Below are positions 32,389 to 32,589 of a stretch of DNA of 32,589 nt, in pieces (the first letter of the stretch is position 1; each line of letters opens with the position of its first letter). Under the pieces are notes generated by a model. The model did not search any database. It had not been told where the DNA came from and worked only from the letters and a program-made list of their open reading frames with translations. This stretch comes from Octopus bimaculoides (Eukaryota), in assembly GCF_001194135.2 (NCBI RefSeq), contig NC_068987.1, positions 76,742,638 through 76,775,226 on the forward strand, read 5' to 3'. The position numbers and the translations under genes were made by a program.

Positions 32389-32589
32389 CATCATCATCAT
32401 CATCATCGTTTAACGTCCGCTTTCCATGCTAGCATGGGTTGGACGATTTGACTGAGGACTGGTGAAACCGGATGGCAACACCAGGCTCCAGTCTGATTTG
32501 GCAGAGTTTCTACAGCTGGATGCCCTTCCTAACGCCAACCACTCAGAGAGTGTAGTGGGTGCTTTTACGTGTCACCCGCACGAAAACGG
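32385..32589 (-). mobile_element. SINE family D (young, near consensus)
   Basis: (CAT)n-CGTTTAACGTCCGCTTTCCATGCTAGCATGGGTTGGACG...GCTTTTACGTGTCACC. Confidence 0.9.

Noticed and set aside
32452-32469. CTGAGGA..GAAAC in SINE family D resembling a hammerhead core
   Set aside because: Only 5 nt (CTGGT) lie between the core halves and cannot form helix II; GAAAC is not kept in other copies (GAACC, GAACT, GAAAT).
1-32589. CRISPR arrays, rRNA genes, prokaryotic operons
   Set aside because: No repeat-spacer periodicity or rRNA-like sequence; the DNA is animal intronic or intergenic in character.

Overview
Eukaryotic, AT-rich, repeat-saturated non-coding DNA with about 13% N in 11 scaffold gaps. The SINE families, microsatellite density and gap pattern suggest a draft octopus (coleoid cephalopod) assembly; this is inference, not a database match. 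I found no confidently intact protein-coding gene, and the long six-frame ORFs are artefacts of N-gaps and microsatellites. Supported content: (1) a decayed Ty3/Gypsy gag-pol on the minus strand (~7.25-11.05 kb; order protease-RT-RNaseH-integrase), interrupted by later LINE and SINE insertions; (2) many copies of four or five SINE modules (my labels A-E); (3) two 3' fragments of a CR1-group LINE and one RTE LINE fragment; (4) non-autonomous DNA elements (mariner-like, hAT-like, Helentron/HINE-like); (5) two Penelope-like repeat families carrying decayed minimal hammerhead-ribozyme motifs; (6) several long near-perfect hairpins; (7) one candidate terminal exon near 31.75 kb. The most interesting signals are the hammerhead remnants, a LINE/SINE shared 3' stem-loop with compensatory base changes, and a bipartite SINE built around an internal microsatellite. 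Repeat boundaries were read by eye and are approximate unless a TSD or arm coordinate is given.
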